A model generated the notes under the pieces. It did not search any database and had not been told where the DNA came from. It was given only the letters and a program-made list of their open reading frames with translations. The position numbers were made by a program, and so were the translations under genes. This document shows positions 36,470-45,237 of a stretch of DNA of 52,363 nucleotides, one piece after another. The stretch comes from a virus (lineage: Duplodnaviria > Caudoviricetes). The stretch lies in IMG/VR virus record IMGVR_UViG_3300037069_001879, positions 1-52,363 of that record, one strand, 5' to 3'. Within the stretch, counting starts at the first letter, position 1; each line of letters starts with the position of its first letter.

Positions 36470-36946
36470 TTAAAATAATGAGGTTTGATAATGTGCAGGA
36501 TTGTTGTCAAAATCCTCCCAGTTAAATTCTTTGAGCTGTTTGAAATTGTGTATCTCGTCGCGTGTATGATGCAATACATTGGCAAGACCTTTATAATTTA
36601 CCTCACCGTGTTTTAGCATCTCCTCGAGCATTTTAGCCATTCGTAAAACGTCAACGTTGCGGGATTGGTTTTCTATCATATTAATGGTTATACTATCAGC
36701 AGCGGTAAGGTTTTCAAAAACAAAGCATATCGCGTGTGTTATGCCCAAATCTTTAAGCGCCCTTAAAATGTCATTGCCGGCAACCAAAAAATATTCATTA
36801 AGTATATACTCAACCAATATGGGTTTAAATTGTCCATAACGCTTAACAATACAGTTGGTTACATGCTGCTCGTGTTTGGTTCGCTTGCTATGTTTAATAA
36901 GGTCGGTATTATATCCCAGGTCCTCAACGGGTATTATTTTAATCAT
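36470..36946 (-). CDS. ParB/Srx N-terminal-like domain protein
   Basis: I.RYGQFKPILV...LVAGN..LRALKDLG...IEN; ATGA-coupled to dpdA. Confidence 0.7.
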   Translation of the reverse strand: MIKIIPVEDLGYNTDLIKHSKRTKHEQHVTNCIVKRYGQFKPILVEYILNEYFLVAGNDILRALKDLGITHAICFVFENLTAADSITINMIENQSRNVDVLRMAKMLEEMLKHGEVNYKGLANVLHHTRDEIHNFKQLKEFNWEDFDNNPAHYQTSLF

Positions 36947-37821
36947 AATGCTAAGTTTCCTTCCCAATCTATACCCCTGTACATCCAGAGGTCGGTAAAA
37001 AAATATTCAAGCTGTTTATAGTGAGTGCAGGCCCATTCCTCTTTTACCTTGATCTCCTCGGGTTTGCGGAATGAATTGTGCATAAATATAGGAATGTTGC
37101 TCCTGATAAAGTGATCCTTTACAGGCGCGCAGGATAGCATCCTACCATTATTAAAAATCTGAAAAACGCCATACCTGACAACGGTACACCAACTGGAGCT
37201 ATCTACTGAGTAAAAAGGAAAGTCATACAGCAGATCGGCGCGCGTGAACGCGAAACCATGAACCTTTACCTTGGCATCATACGCTTTTTTCAAATAGCGA
37301 TTGTAGGGCAACATTGGTTGGCTTGGCCGGATGCCCTCTAACCCTATATATCCACTATGCGAAGTATCCAGCAGCTCGTCAAATTCGCGCTCGGTATTTG
37401 AGCTGTGAAAAACAGTTATGCACTTGTCGTAAACGCCCTCCGCTGCCATGATCTCGCGCCACTCGGTTACGCGCTTTTGACCCACAACCTCCTGCAAGTC
37501 AAGCTCCACGAAGTAGTCAAAATAGTTATACCATTCTTTTACCCATTCAAGGTATTTGGCAAAATACACCTCAGGATCCTGCTGAGCTTTTTTACCTTTT
37601 TTCTCTTTCTTGCCCGTAACCGACACGCCCATTTGTTCAAAAAAACTATGGGCGCCACTATCAATGGTTATAATACCCGTGTGGCCTTTTGGTTTTAAGT
37701 TTGGCAGCTCAGCGTTTACCTTTTTGTGGTAGAAGTAAGTAAGGAACAAGTTGCTATCCAAAGGCAGCTCAATTTTATAACTGGACTTTTGCGTTTCATA
37801 CGCTGCAAAGTAAATCCTCAT
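36943..37821 (-). CDS. dpdA: DNA-guanine transglycosylase DpdA (TGT-fold)
   Basis: IDSGAHSF, FVELD, VFH, YIGLEG, KVHGFAFT, FYSVDSSSW..RYG; context of folE/queD/queE. Confidence 0.85.
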   Translation of the reverse strand: MRIYFAAYETQKSSYKIELPLDSNLFLTYFYHKKVNAELPNLKPKGHTGIITIDSGAHSFFEQMGVSVTGKKEKKGKKAQQDPEVYFAKYLEWVKEWYNYFDYFVELDLQEVVGQKRVTEWREIMAAEGVYDKCITVFHSSNTEREFDELLDTSHSGYIGLEGIRPSQPMLPYNRYLKKAYDAKVKVHGFAFTRADLLYDFPFYSVDSSSWCTVVRYGVFQIFNNGRMLSCAPVKDHFIRSNIPIFMHNSFRKPEEIKVKEEWACTHYKQLEYFFTDLWMYRGIDWEGNLAL

Positions 37822-38828
37822 ATAAGCGATTTAACAGCGTCCATAATTACGTCCACATTATTCAGCACACCCGCAGGCTGCGGAGCCGCGCAATCGACAA
37901 GCTCCAGCGTGTCGTCGATCTCGGCCTCATTATCGTACAGGTTCATAATTGGAACAAACTCATTATAGCAGGCGCGATTGGGCGCCACGATCATACAGTC
38001 ATAGTACAAAGCTTCCTGCAGGGTGTAACCAAACGTCTCCTGGCGCGCTGTTGATAGATACCATTTTGCCTGATCGAGGATTTTATAATACTGCTGTTTT
38101 GAGAGATCGAAATAATAATCCACATTTTCCATGCCCGCAAACTGTTCGCATAGCTTGTCTTTTTTGCCGCAGGATGTAATTACTATTTGGTGTGCTGTTT
38201 CCATGGCGAAGCGATAAAGCACGTCCATGCCTTTTTCGTGACAAAGACGGTGTGGCCAAATAATATAAGGCGCTTTAGGTAACGAGCCTTTTTTATGGAC
38301 GCTTTCGCACCACTCAGGGCTCCAGGGCTGACCTGTGTTTTTTACTTTATGAAGCGGTTGGCGAAAATAAGAAATAACCCGCTGTCTGTGAAACTCGCTA
38401 CCTACCAATATAAGGTCGCAAGCATCGTGCCACCCTTGCTCTGAGCTGTCGGCCCATTTATCAAGGTTACGCACAAAGTCCATGTTATCAGCGCGACCTG
38501 CATGGTTAAATGCAGCGATTGACACGCGAATACCAAGCAGCTCAGCCATATATTTAACAGACTCCAGGCCAGGAAAAAATATGTCACCAAATAGGAATAT
38601 GTCGCCCGTTTCTATTTGGCCCTCCTTGAACATATAGGCTATAATACCCAGTTGCTCAGTTTTATAACGTATGGTACCTGCAATGTCTAAAAACTGCCCA
38701 TTGGTTATTTTACTGTATCCGCTGCCTGGGTTGATCGTCAAATTACAGCGAGGAGATAGAACGTCAAAAACCATTCCCGAATACCGTTCTTCCAGCGGCT
38801 CAACCGGGACAAAAATTATTTTGCTCAT
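37818..38828 (-). CDS. GT-B fold glycosyltransferase (GT4-like)
   Basis: WPHRL..EKG, STARQETFGYTLQEA, APNRACYNE; ATGA-coupled to dpdA. Confidence 0.85.
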   Translation of the reverse strand: MSKIIFVPVEPLEERYSGMVFDVLSPRCNLTINPGSGYSKITNGQFLDIAGTIRYKTEQLGIIAYMFKEGQIETGDIFLFGDIFFPGLESVKYMAELLGIRVSIAAFNHAGRADNMDFVRNLDKWADSSEQGWHDACDLILVGSEFHRQRVISYFRQPLHKVKNTGQPWSPEWCESVHKKGSLPKAPYIIWPHRLCHEKGMDVLYRFAMETAHQIVITSCGKKDKLCEQFAGMENVDYYFDLSKQQYYKILDQAKWYLSTARQETFGYTLQEALYYDCMIVAPNRACYNEFVPIMNLYDNEAEIDDTLELVDCAAPQPAGVLNNVDVIMDAVKSLI

Positions 38829-38844
38829 TTGTTTTGTTGTTAGC

Positions 38845-39309
38845 TTATTCGCATCGGTCGCCTGTTTGTTTGTAACGAAACCAAGGGATGAATCCTTTCG
38901 GTGTCCAAAAACCCCATTGCCTAACTTTTTTAAGTGTCAGTACAAGAGTCCAAACGGGCTTTTCAATTTCTAATTTATGTTTAAACTCTGCAGGTCTGTA
39001 AAGCAATGAACCTGCTTTAAAATACTTGGCAACCTTGCGCTTTTTGCTGCCCCAAGGCTGTGGCGTGTGATCTTTGTATATATCCTCCTCTGAGTGCTCC
39101 AGGTAGCCGCCTTTTAATATGAAGCTATAAAACGCCCAAGGGTGATCGTGTAAACAATCGTCGTCGGAAAGTATTATTTTATGAATTTTAATGGAAAACC
39201 ACTTGCATTGAAAAATGTTCCACCTGATAAGATATTCCTCGTTATCGTTTCGCGTAATAATACGCTTGCTCAAAAACTTCATTAGGGCTATGCTTTTAAT
39301 TTTATCCAA
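38845..39309 (-). CDS. Cupin-fold protein
   Basis: LHDHPW.FYSFILKGGYLE...H.L metal-binding cupin motifs. Confidence 0.75.
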   Translation of the reverse strand: MDKIKSIALMKFLSKRIITRNDNEEYLIRWNIFQCKWFSIKIHKIILSDDDCLHDHPWAFYSFILKGGYLEHSEEDIYKDHTPQPWGSKKRKVAKYFKAGSLLYRPAEFKHKLEIEKPVWTLVLTLKKVRQWGFWTPKGFIPWFRYKQTGDRCE

Positions 39310-39791
39310 CCATAAGAAATTAGATCGTCAATGGATAAGTCCAGGTAATCAAGGGCTACACCTTTAGATTCCAGGTATTGGTACTGCTTGACTGAAACCT
39401 TACTAAAGTCTTTTGAGCCGTCCAAAAAGGCAACCTCACATTTTACATACTTACCATTGGTTTGTAACCACTGAAATAATACAGTTGGAATATCTTTATA
39501 TTTTTTGTCGAAAGACACGACCGATAATCCTTCCCTGTAATTTAACTGCATGGTTATAAGCTCAGTATATTCCTCGTCGGTTATACTGGACGCGGAGCGC
39601 AGATTTAACCAAACCTTGCTTAATGGTACGCCGCTAAAGCCGCTTTCCCCGACTTTATATAACGCGCTGTTTTCGTACACGCCAAGCATTATTTGTTTCT
39701 TGGTTTTAGCATTGAAATTATATTCCATTTCCTGACCTATGTGGTGGCCAAAAAATTTAACCTTGTTTTCAATCGTGTTTGCGGTTTTCAT
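39288..39791 (-). CDS. Hypothetical protein
   Basis: LNLRSASSITDEE...YQYLESKGVAL; operon packing. Confidence 0.6.
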   Translation of the reverse strand: MKTANTIENKVKFFGHHIGQEMEYNFNAKTKKQIMLGVYENSALYKVGESGFSGVPLSKVWLNLRSASSITDEEYTELITMQLNYREGLSVVSFDKKYKDIPTVLFQWLQTNGKYVKCEVAFLDGSKDFSKVSVKQYQYLESKGVALDYLDLSIDDLISYGWIKLKA

Positions 39792-39794
39792 GGC

Positions 39795-40172
39795 TTATAT
39801 GGGTAGGTGGTTGAACATTTGTACTTCGGCGCCGTTTTCGCCGTCCTCTAATACTGAGCAACTTTCCAACTCAAAGTTTTTAGCGACAAGCAGCGCAATA
39901 GTTTCGCAGCTCATGGAGCCAAAATTAAGCTCGTCGGAGCTCTCTTTAAAGATTGGCAAACTGTCCTTAAGGAACTTGGTAATGTCACGCTTTAAGGTAA
40001 TAATCTCCACATCCCTATCCTCGTGTGTTACCACTTTTTTGGCCCGTATATGGAAAACGTGTCGGTGAAGCAAGCGCAGGTAACTAACTTCGGGAAACGG
40101 ACACTGGGGCCAACAATGCACCCCCGCAATTTGCAGGGATGCCATTACTACTGTTTGGTGATCTCTTGCCAT
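39795..40172 (-). CDS. dpdL: QueD-like T-fold protein with LxxxHRHxF motif (DpdL-like)
   Basis: GVHCWP, LRLLHRHVF, HEDRDVE, SCE.IA, V.EDGENGA; a second QueD paralogue beside the canonical queD. Confidence 0.7.
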   Translation of the reverse strand: MARDHQTVVMASLQIAGVHCWPQCPFPEVSYLRLLHRHVFHIRAKKVVTHEDRDVEIITLKRDITKFLKDSLPIFKESSDELNFGSMSCETIALLVAKNFELESCSVLEDGENGAEVQMFNHLPI

Positions 40173-40915
40173 TACTTAGCTATTTCCTGGGCTTTAACAA
40201 TGTCCCGCACTCTCTCGGCTTTTGCAGCCTTGTCAGGGTTTTTGGTGTAATCCTTAATCACGTTACGGATGTGACTTTCAACGCTGCACTCGATTATTTC
40301 CATAATCTCTTTAATGGTTTTCTTGTTGTCGCTATGCTCTAACCATATTTTTTGGCTTTTGCTCAGCTCTGTTGGTGTTGCAGGTTTAGCAGCTTCTTTT
40401 TTAGGCTTACCTGTGATCGCCTCGGGCTGGTATAACTCGTTAAAAATCTGCTCAGTATCCACCCAATCACGGCTACCAGTATCGCTGGTTAAACGAACCT
40501 TTATTTTATCGCCCTTTGCTTCTTTAGCACACACGGCGCCGGTGGTAGCGTTGCGAAACTGACCGTCCGAAGTAACCTCATAACGAGAGTATTTTGGGAT
40601 CCTTTTCGCTTTGCTTGGCTCAGGCATTGGCGGCGTGGCCGGAACGGTTGGCGTGGTGGGCGCGGCTGCTGGTGTTCCACCGATTGCATCCTCAAACGAG
40701 GTGGATGTGTCGGTGTCGGTTTTTGGAGCCTTCGGCGCTTTCGGTGTTTTGGGCTCTTTTTTCTCCCATGTTGCAAGCGTTTCGATTTTCAGATACCTTT
40801 TACCGGCAACCTCAATTTCTGAGTTGATTGGCTCGATGCCTGGTTTAAGGGTAAATTCTTTAACCTCTGATTTTAATAACAAGCCTTCGGCGGCTGTTGG
40901 TTTTGCTGTTTTCAT
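40172..40915 (-). CDS. Protein with NUMOD4-like domain, P/T/K linkers and C-terminal HTH-like region
   Basis: IPKYSRYEVTSDGQFRN; no HNH motif seen. Confidence 0.55.
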   Translation of the reverse strand: MKTAKPTAAEGLLLKSEVKEFTLKPGIEPINSEIEVAGKRYLKIETLATWEKKEPKTPKAPKAPKTDTDTSTSFEDAIGGTPAAAPTTPTVPATPPMPEPSKAKRIPKYSRYEVTSDGQFRNATTGAVCAKEAKGDKIKVRLTSDTGSRDWVDTEQIFNELYQPEAITGKPKKEAAKPATPTELSKSQKIWLEHSDNKKTIKEIMEIIECSVESHIRNVIKDYTKNPDKAAKAERVRDIVKAQEIAK

Positions 40916-40988
40916 TTTTTAAATTTTTAGCGTTTAAATTGTTGCTGTTACTTAGTGAGTGTAAATAACGGTACAATAAACCACTTAA

Positions 40989-41017
40989 CCAAATTTATTT
41001 TAAAATATTTTTTAAAA
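40989..41017. promoter_or_regulatory. Conserved 29-bp AT box overlapping the -33 element of a leftward promoter
   Basis: CCAAATTTATTTTAAAATATTTTTTAAAA is identical to 26492-26520 and 45184-45212. Confidence 0.7.
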
Positions 41018-41018
41018 T

Positions 41019-41564
41019 TTATTTTAAATGACTAAAAAACTCCTGCTTAACCGCCGGGTTATCTTTAAAGTTACCCAACAGGGCGCAGGTAACGGTTTCG
41101 CAGTTATGTTTTTTGACACCACGCATTTCCACGCAAAGGTGCCTTGCTGTGATCTGAACCGCTACGCCCTTAGGGTCAAGCTTGTCAAATAAGAAATCGG
41201 CAACCTGCGTGGTTATGCGTTCCTGGTTCTGCAATCTACGCGCGAAGTGATCTAACACCCTGGGCAGCTTGCTCAGCCCTACAATAAACTCGCCAGGGAT
41301 ATAAGCAATAGAGGCGGTTCCAAAAAAGGGCGCCATGTGGTGTTCGCATAAACTGAAAAAAGGAATATTCTTAACCACCACCATTTCGTCGTAATTCTCA
41401 CCTTCAAATACCGTCATTTCAAATTTATCAACGGTAAGAAACTCAGTAAGGAATTTTACATAACGTCTTGGTGTGTCACGCAAGCCCTCGCGTGTGCTAT
41501 CGTCGAAACAGTCAATTAGTTGTTTAACCGCCCTTTCGGCGTTCGTTTTAGTTTGCTCGGTCAT
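41019..41564 (-). CDS. folE: GTP cyclohydrolase I
   Basis: REGLRDTPRR, SLCEHHMAPFFG, GLSKL.R, QNQERIT, HLCVEMRGV. Confidence 0.97.
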   Translation of the reverse strand: MTEQTKTNAERAVKQLIDCFDDSTREGLRDTPRRYVKFLTEFLTVDKFEMTVFEGENYDEMVVVKNIPFFSLCEHHMAPFFGTASIAYIPGEFIVGLSKLPRVLDHFARRLQNQERITTQVADFLFDKLDPKGVAVQITARHLCVEMRGVKKHNCETVTCALLGNFKDNPAVKQEFFSHLK

Positions 41565-41761
41565 TAGTCCTTGATCGTATAGTTTTCGTTAACAAATTCA
41601 GTTACTTTTTCAAGGATTGCCTCGATTGCAGCATCATACCTATTAATAGTCAGGCATTTAGTTTCGTCGCCGCCCTTAGTAAAAAGAGCTGTGGAATTTT
41701 CGTGAACGATCTCCATTATATCCTGTCTTAGGAATGGATCGATCTCAATTTTCTGTCCCAT
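41564..41761 (-). CDS. Hypothetical protein
   Basis: Fills the gap between queE and folE; start ATG 41761. Confidence 0.55.
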   Translation of the reverse strand: MGQKIEIDPFLRQDIMEIVHENSTALFTKGGDETKCLTINRYDAAIEAILEKVTEFVNENYTIKD

Positions 41762-41765
41762 GGTG

Positions 41766-42524
41766 TTATACTCCTGTTTTTTGATTCCATACTGAGATAT
41801 GGATCCTGTGTGAATAATTATAACCAAATTCAAGGGCCAGTCCTACAATGCTCTCAGCCATTGCGTCCAGCTCGTTTCTATTGTCAGCGGCAGCCATAAG
41901 GTACACCTGTGATTGGTACATTATATCCTGTATGTAGGTTTTTTCGATCTCTAAAAGATCGGCGCGATCTTTAACCACGAATTTAAAGCAGGTTTTTGGG
42001 CCACGAAAAGAAAGAGCCTCAATTACCTCGCGTTTAACCCTTTTAAAGTAAGGCTCACCACTGTTTTGCAGCTTAGGGCTGACATTCCAAAACTTAACCA
42101 GCGAAAACAGTTTATCACTGGGCATTATAGTACCGTTTGTTTCGATCTCAACCGTTAAGCCAGGTATACCAATATCCAAGGACAAGTACTTTATAAAATC
42201 ATAAATACTATCCTGCTGCAAAAGTGGTTCACCACCCGTTATTATAAGGTGGGCGCCTTGTTGTAGGTTAGATATAAACGCCCTGCCCCCCATGTCATCC
42301 ACGAGCTGATTAAAGGTTACCGACTTACCTTTTAACCAAACCTCGATGCTGTCACAACGCCAGGTGGCGCCATTGTGTAACTGTCCATCGCGCTCAGTAC
42401 CTTTGCCGCCACACATAAGGTTACAGCCTGCAAGACGTAAAAAATAAGCTCGTTTTCCGGCTGTCTGCCCTTCGCCCTGAACGGATAAAAAATGCTCAGC
42501 GACGGCAATGGTTTCTTTGTTCAT
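41766..42524 (-). CDS. queE: 7-carboxy-7-deazaguanine synthase (radical SAM)
   Basis: F.SVQGEG..G..AYFLRLAGCNL.C...CDS, ITGGEPLLQ, IETNGT, VSPK, KFVV. Confidence 0.95.
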   Translation of the reverse strand: MNKETIAVAEHFLSVQGEGQTAGKRAYFLRLAGCNLMCGGKGTERDGQLHNGATWRCDSIEVWLKGKSVTFNQLVDDMGGRAFISNLQQGAHLIITGGEPLLQQDSIYDFIKYLSLDIGIPGLTVEIETNGTIMPSDKLFSLVKFWNVSPKLQNSGEPYFKRVKREVIEALSFRGPKTCFKFVVKDRADLLEIEKTYIQDIMYQSQVYLMAAADNRNELDAMAESIVGLALEFGYNYSHRIHISVWNQKTGV

Positions 42525-42751
42525 TATTTGGATGTTTTTTCAAGGTTGCTAATTTCACGCGCAAGGTACCATTGAGCTTTTTTTAAATCTTCAATGGTTT
42601 TAGAGGTATCTTTTTTACCGGCACGTGATATATATTTTACAGTGTTACCCAAGTTAAAACCTAAGTTTTGATCCTCAATATAATCTATAACCTCTATCTT
42701 GCCAGAATTATAATGAGAAGGGTGGTTTACATTATTATTGTCCATATCCAC
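42524..42751 (-). CDS. DUF3310 family protein
   Basis: VNHPSHY..GKIEVIDYI...GN.VKYI.RAGKK...EDLKKA.WYL. Confidence 0.92.
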   Translation of the reverse strand: MDMDNNNVNHPSHYNSGKIEVIDYIEDQNLGFNLGNTVKYISRAGKKDTSKTIEDLKKAQWYLAREISNLEKTSK

Positions 42752-43382
42752 GTGCTTTTGCTATAATGGGTAAATTTTCTGTGAATATATCGCGAATAGC
42801 CTGCGCGATTAAACGCGCTTCTTTTTGCGCGTGTTCATCAAGGCGGATATCCAAAAAGTGTATCCAGCTACGTATTGAACCAGTCATAAAAATGGTAGTA
42901 CTGGAGCACATAGGTAATATCATACGGGCGCACTCTTTGGCAACACCCAAATCCAAAAGTATGTTATAAAGCTCCCGGCCTTTTTTAATGTAATCCGCTA
43001 TTTCAGCCGAAGCAGTTGCAGGTTTCAGGTCGCGGTCGCGGTAAATAAGTGGGTCAATCAAATCCGTACTGGATTGACGATTTATAACCGCTTGCTGCCT
43101 AAGCTCTATGGGCTCCATTTTTTCTACCTTGGAATAACGCTGAGAAAACTCCTGGAATGTAAAGCTACGGTGGCGCAAAAGCTGTATGCCTATCGCTTTG
43201 GAGGTTTCTATTTCGACGGTCATATAACTATGCTCGAAAGGGCTCCAATGTTTGTTTTTGATAAGGTAGTTTATCAAGTTTTCAAGGTGTTCGGTTTTGT
43301 CGCTTCGTGAGCTACTAACACGGGCGATCTCAACAATATTAACCTCTGCATCAGGGGTTAATGATTTAAGTTTTACATTCAT
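42735..43382 (-). CDS. thyX: FAD-dependent thymidylate synthase
   Basis: ARVS, HWSPFEH, QLLRHRSFTFQEFSQRY, KECARMILP, HAQKE. Confidence 0.96.
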   Translation of the reverse strand: MNVKLKSLTPDAEVNIVEIARVSSSRSDKTEHLENLINYLIKNKHWSPFEHSYMTVEIETSKAIGIQLLRHRSFTFQEFSQRYSKVEKMEPIELRQQAVINRQSSTDLIDPLIYRDRDLKPATASAEIADYIKKGRELYNILLDLGVAKECARMILPMCSSTTIFMTGSIRSWIHFLDIRLDEHAQKEARLIAQAIRDIFTENLPIIAKARGYGQ

Positions 43383-43384
43383 AA

Positions 43385-43810
43385 TTATTTAAAGCTTAAT
43401 ATAGTTACGGTGCTGGAAACGGTTTCTTTCAATTTGATTTGCACGACATTAAGGCCCGCTGAGCGAAGCGCGTTTAATAAGTTTTGCGCTATATTCTCGC
43501 AGCTTGTCGGGTAAGGATATACAACCATTTTTAAATCGTCGTTACATTCCTTGATGTAAGCGCGTAAGTAGTCCAGCAGCGGGTCGGTTTCGTGTATTAA
43601 CATAGCGTGATCCAACTGCTTAAATATCGGCTCAGCGATACTATCAATGTCAGAAAACAGCATGGTAATACCGCCCTGTTGGAATGCTTTTTCAAATTGA
43701 ACGGTTATGGTGGCATAGTATGTATGCCCATGCAAGTTTTTACACTTGTCGTTAATCAGCTCATTCCTGTGAGCCGCATAAAAATGGTACTTTTTTTCAA
43801 TGTTTATCAT
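43385..43810 (-). CDS. queD: 6-carboxytetrahydropterin synthase
   Basis: F.AAHR, CKNLHGHTY, LDHA.L, TSCENIA, KET. Confidence 0.94.
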   Translation of the reverse strand: MINIEKKYHFYAAHRNELINDKCKNLHGHTYYATITVQFEKAFQQGGITMLFSDIDSIAEPIFKQLDHAMLIHETDPLLDYLRAYIKECNDDLKMVVYPYPTSCENIAQNLLNALRSAGLNVVQIKLKETVSSTVTILSFK

Positions 43811-44520
43811 TAGGCGGCAATCATTAAGTTATCAATATTTAGGTCGTACACTATATGTTTGTAAAGATAACCAAGTTTTCCATATTGGAACCTACCTTGA
43901 TTATATGTCGCGTCGCCGCGCTCAATCGCAAATTTAAAAATAGGGTATTTGCCATTTTTAGCTCGTTTCTTACCTATGCCAAAATACCACATGCGGTCGA
44001 TCTCAGCAAGGTCCATATATATGGCGCCCTGGCGAAAATATTTAAAATGTTGTATGCTCTCAGTAAACGCCCGCTGAGTTTCGCAGGCGGTAGTCTTTAT
44101 GTCTGCGGCTTGCTTAACGTGTTTGTTTAAAATATCAAACTTACACCGCGTAGGCATTTGAATGACATTACCTGCAAACTCGTATTTGAACGCTTGCCTT
44201 AAAACCACGTGCTGAAACGTTGCGCCGTTTAATATGAGCTTAAGGACAGGGTCGTTTACCGCGCTCTCTGCCATTGCTTCGGCGCGTCGCCAATCAAAAG
44301 CGTGAAAGGGTATTATCTCGCCTGAGCTTTCCTCTATTAAAGAGTTGGTTTTAAAATCCAGCTTATTGCGTTCTGTTACCATTGCGTCCACCAGGTTACC
44401 AAAATTATAAATATTTTGCAGGTTTTCACAATTATTCTCAATCGCGTGGTAGGCATTGAAAAAGTCGCCCAGGGTTGAATTGGAAACAAAGCGCGGAAAG
44501 TCTTTATAGTAGTTAAGCAT
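43810..44520 (-). CDS. PD-(D/E)xK exonuclease (RecE/DUF3799-like)
   Basis: VSNS.L, FGNLVDA, RCKFD, DIKTT, Y.RQGA.Y; near recT. Confidence 0.78.
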   Translation of the reverse strand: MLNYYKDFPRFVSNSTLGDFFNAYHAIENNCENLQNIYNFGNLVDAMVTERNKLDFKTNSLIEESSGEIIPFHAFDWRRAEAMAESAVNDPVLKLILNGATFQHVVLRQAFKYEFAGNVIQMPTRCKFDILNKHVKQAADIKTTACETQRAFTESIQHFKYFRQGAIYMDLAEIDRMWYFGIGKKRAKNGKYPIFKFAIERGDATYNQGRFQYGKLGYLYKHIVYDLNIDNLMIAA

Positions 44521-44800
44521 TGGTTTTAACGTATATCATTGTTAATGGCCACTGCTCCTCTTTCCCGTTTACCTCGACCGTTGCCCAGGATTGACTGCTC
44601 ATATATTTACCCAGCCCTGTAAAATCAGGTTTGAGATCGAATATAACAAGCTCTTTAAGTTTTGCAGGAATTAAGGGTGTGCGGACACTTCGCTCCAACA
44701 TTAGATCAAGGTCAAACTCGCAGCTTCCAACCTTTCTGTGGTAGTCTGCAATCGAGGTTAAGCCCTCGTATGTGTTAAATCTTATTGGGTGATCTTCCAT
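44513..44800 (-). CDS. Hypothetical protein
   Basis: Likely start ATG 44800 (MEDHPIRF), preceded by ACGCTAA and a structured leader. Confidence 0.55.
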   Translation of the reverse strand: MEDHPIRFNTYEGLTSIADYHRKVGSCEFDLDLMLERSVRTPLIPAKLKELVIFDLKPDFTGLGKYMSSQSWATVEVNGKEEQWPLTMIYVKTNA

Positions 44801-44905
44801 TTTCTTAGCGTTTTTTCTACTGGCAATGGCCACCTCTATGGGTGACCTTTGCACGGTGCTGTTCGCAGCTTCCTGTATTCAGGGATGCCCTACTGAGCAA
44901 GCTCT

Positions 44906-45121
44906 TTAATTTACTATCGTACAATCCTCGAAGTGGATTATACCTGTAAGGTATCTGTGTGATACAGATTTAAGATTTTCGTTATTTTCAAATACAACTT
45001 TGTAACCACCTTCAAAGCTTAATCCGGCGTTGCTTTCAACTACTATGGTTTCACCTATGAATTGATTTGACCAAGCAGCGTGATTTTTTGATTTTTTGAT
45101 TGTTACTTTTAAAGTTTCCAT
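44906..45121 (-). CDS. Hypothetical protein
   Basis: First gene after a consensus promoter. Confidence 0.6.
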   Translation of the reverse strand: METLKVTIKKSKNHAAWSNQFIGETIVVESNAGLSFEGGYKVVFENNENLKSVSHRYLTGIIHFEDCTIVN

Positions 45122-45157
45122 TTTGTTATGTTTTTAGCGTGTTTGTTAATGACATAA

Positions 45158-45212
45158 CAAAGATAGGAATAAAATGGTGTAATCCAAATTTATTTTAAAA
45201 TATTTTTTAAAA
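45158..45212 (-). promoter_or_regulatory. Consensus Bacteroidota promoter plus 29-bp AT box
   Basis: TTTG-19 nt-TATCTTTG. Confidence 0.8.
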
Positions 45213-45237
45213 AATTTTCTGGACTACACCAATTACA

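Noticed and set aside
36470-36946. Plasmid-prophage partition system
   Set aside because: Only a ParB N-like domain, no ParA or parS array; context is DNA modification
41019-43810. Queuosine tRNA-modification or folate auxiliary metabolism
   Set aside because: No queC/queF/queA or tRNAs; the TGT-fold gene is DpdA-like, pointing to DNA modification
44860-44890. Hammerhead ribozyme
   Set aside because: CUGAAUA does not fit the CUGANGA core and no correctly placed GAAA is present
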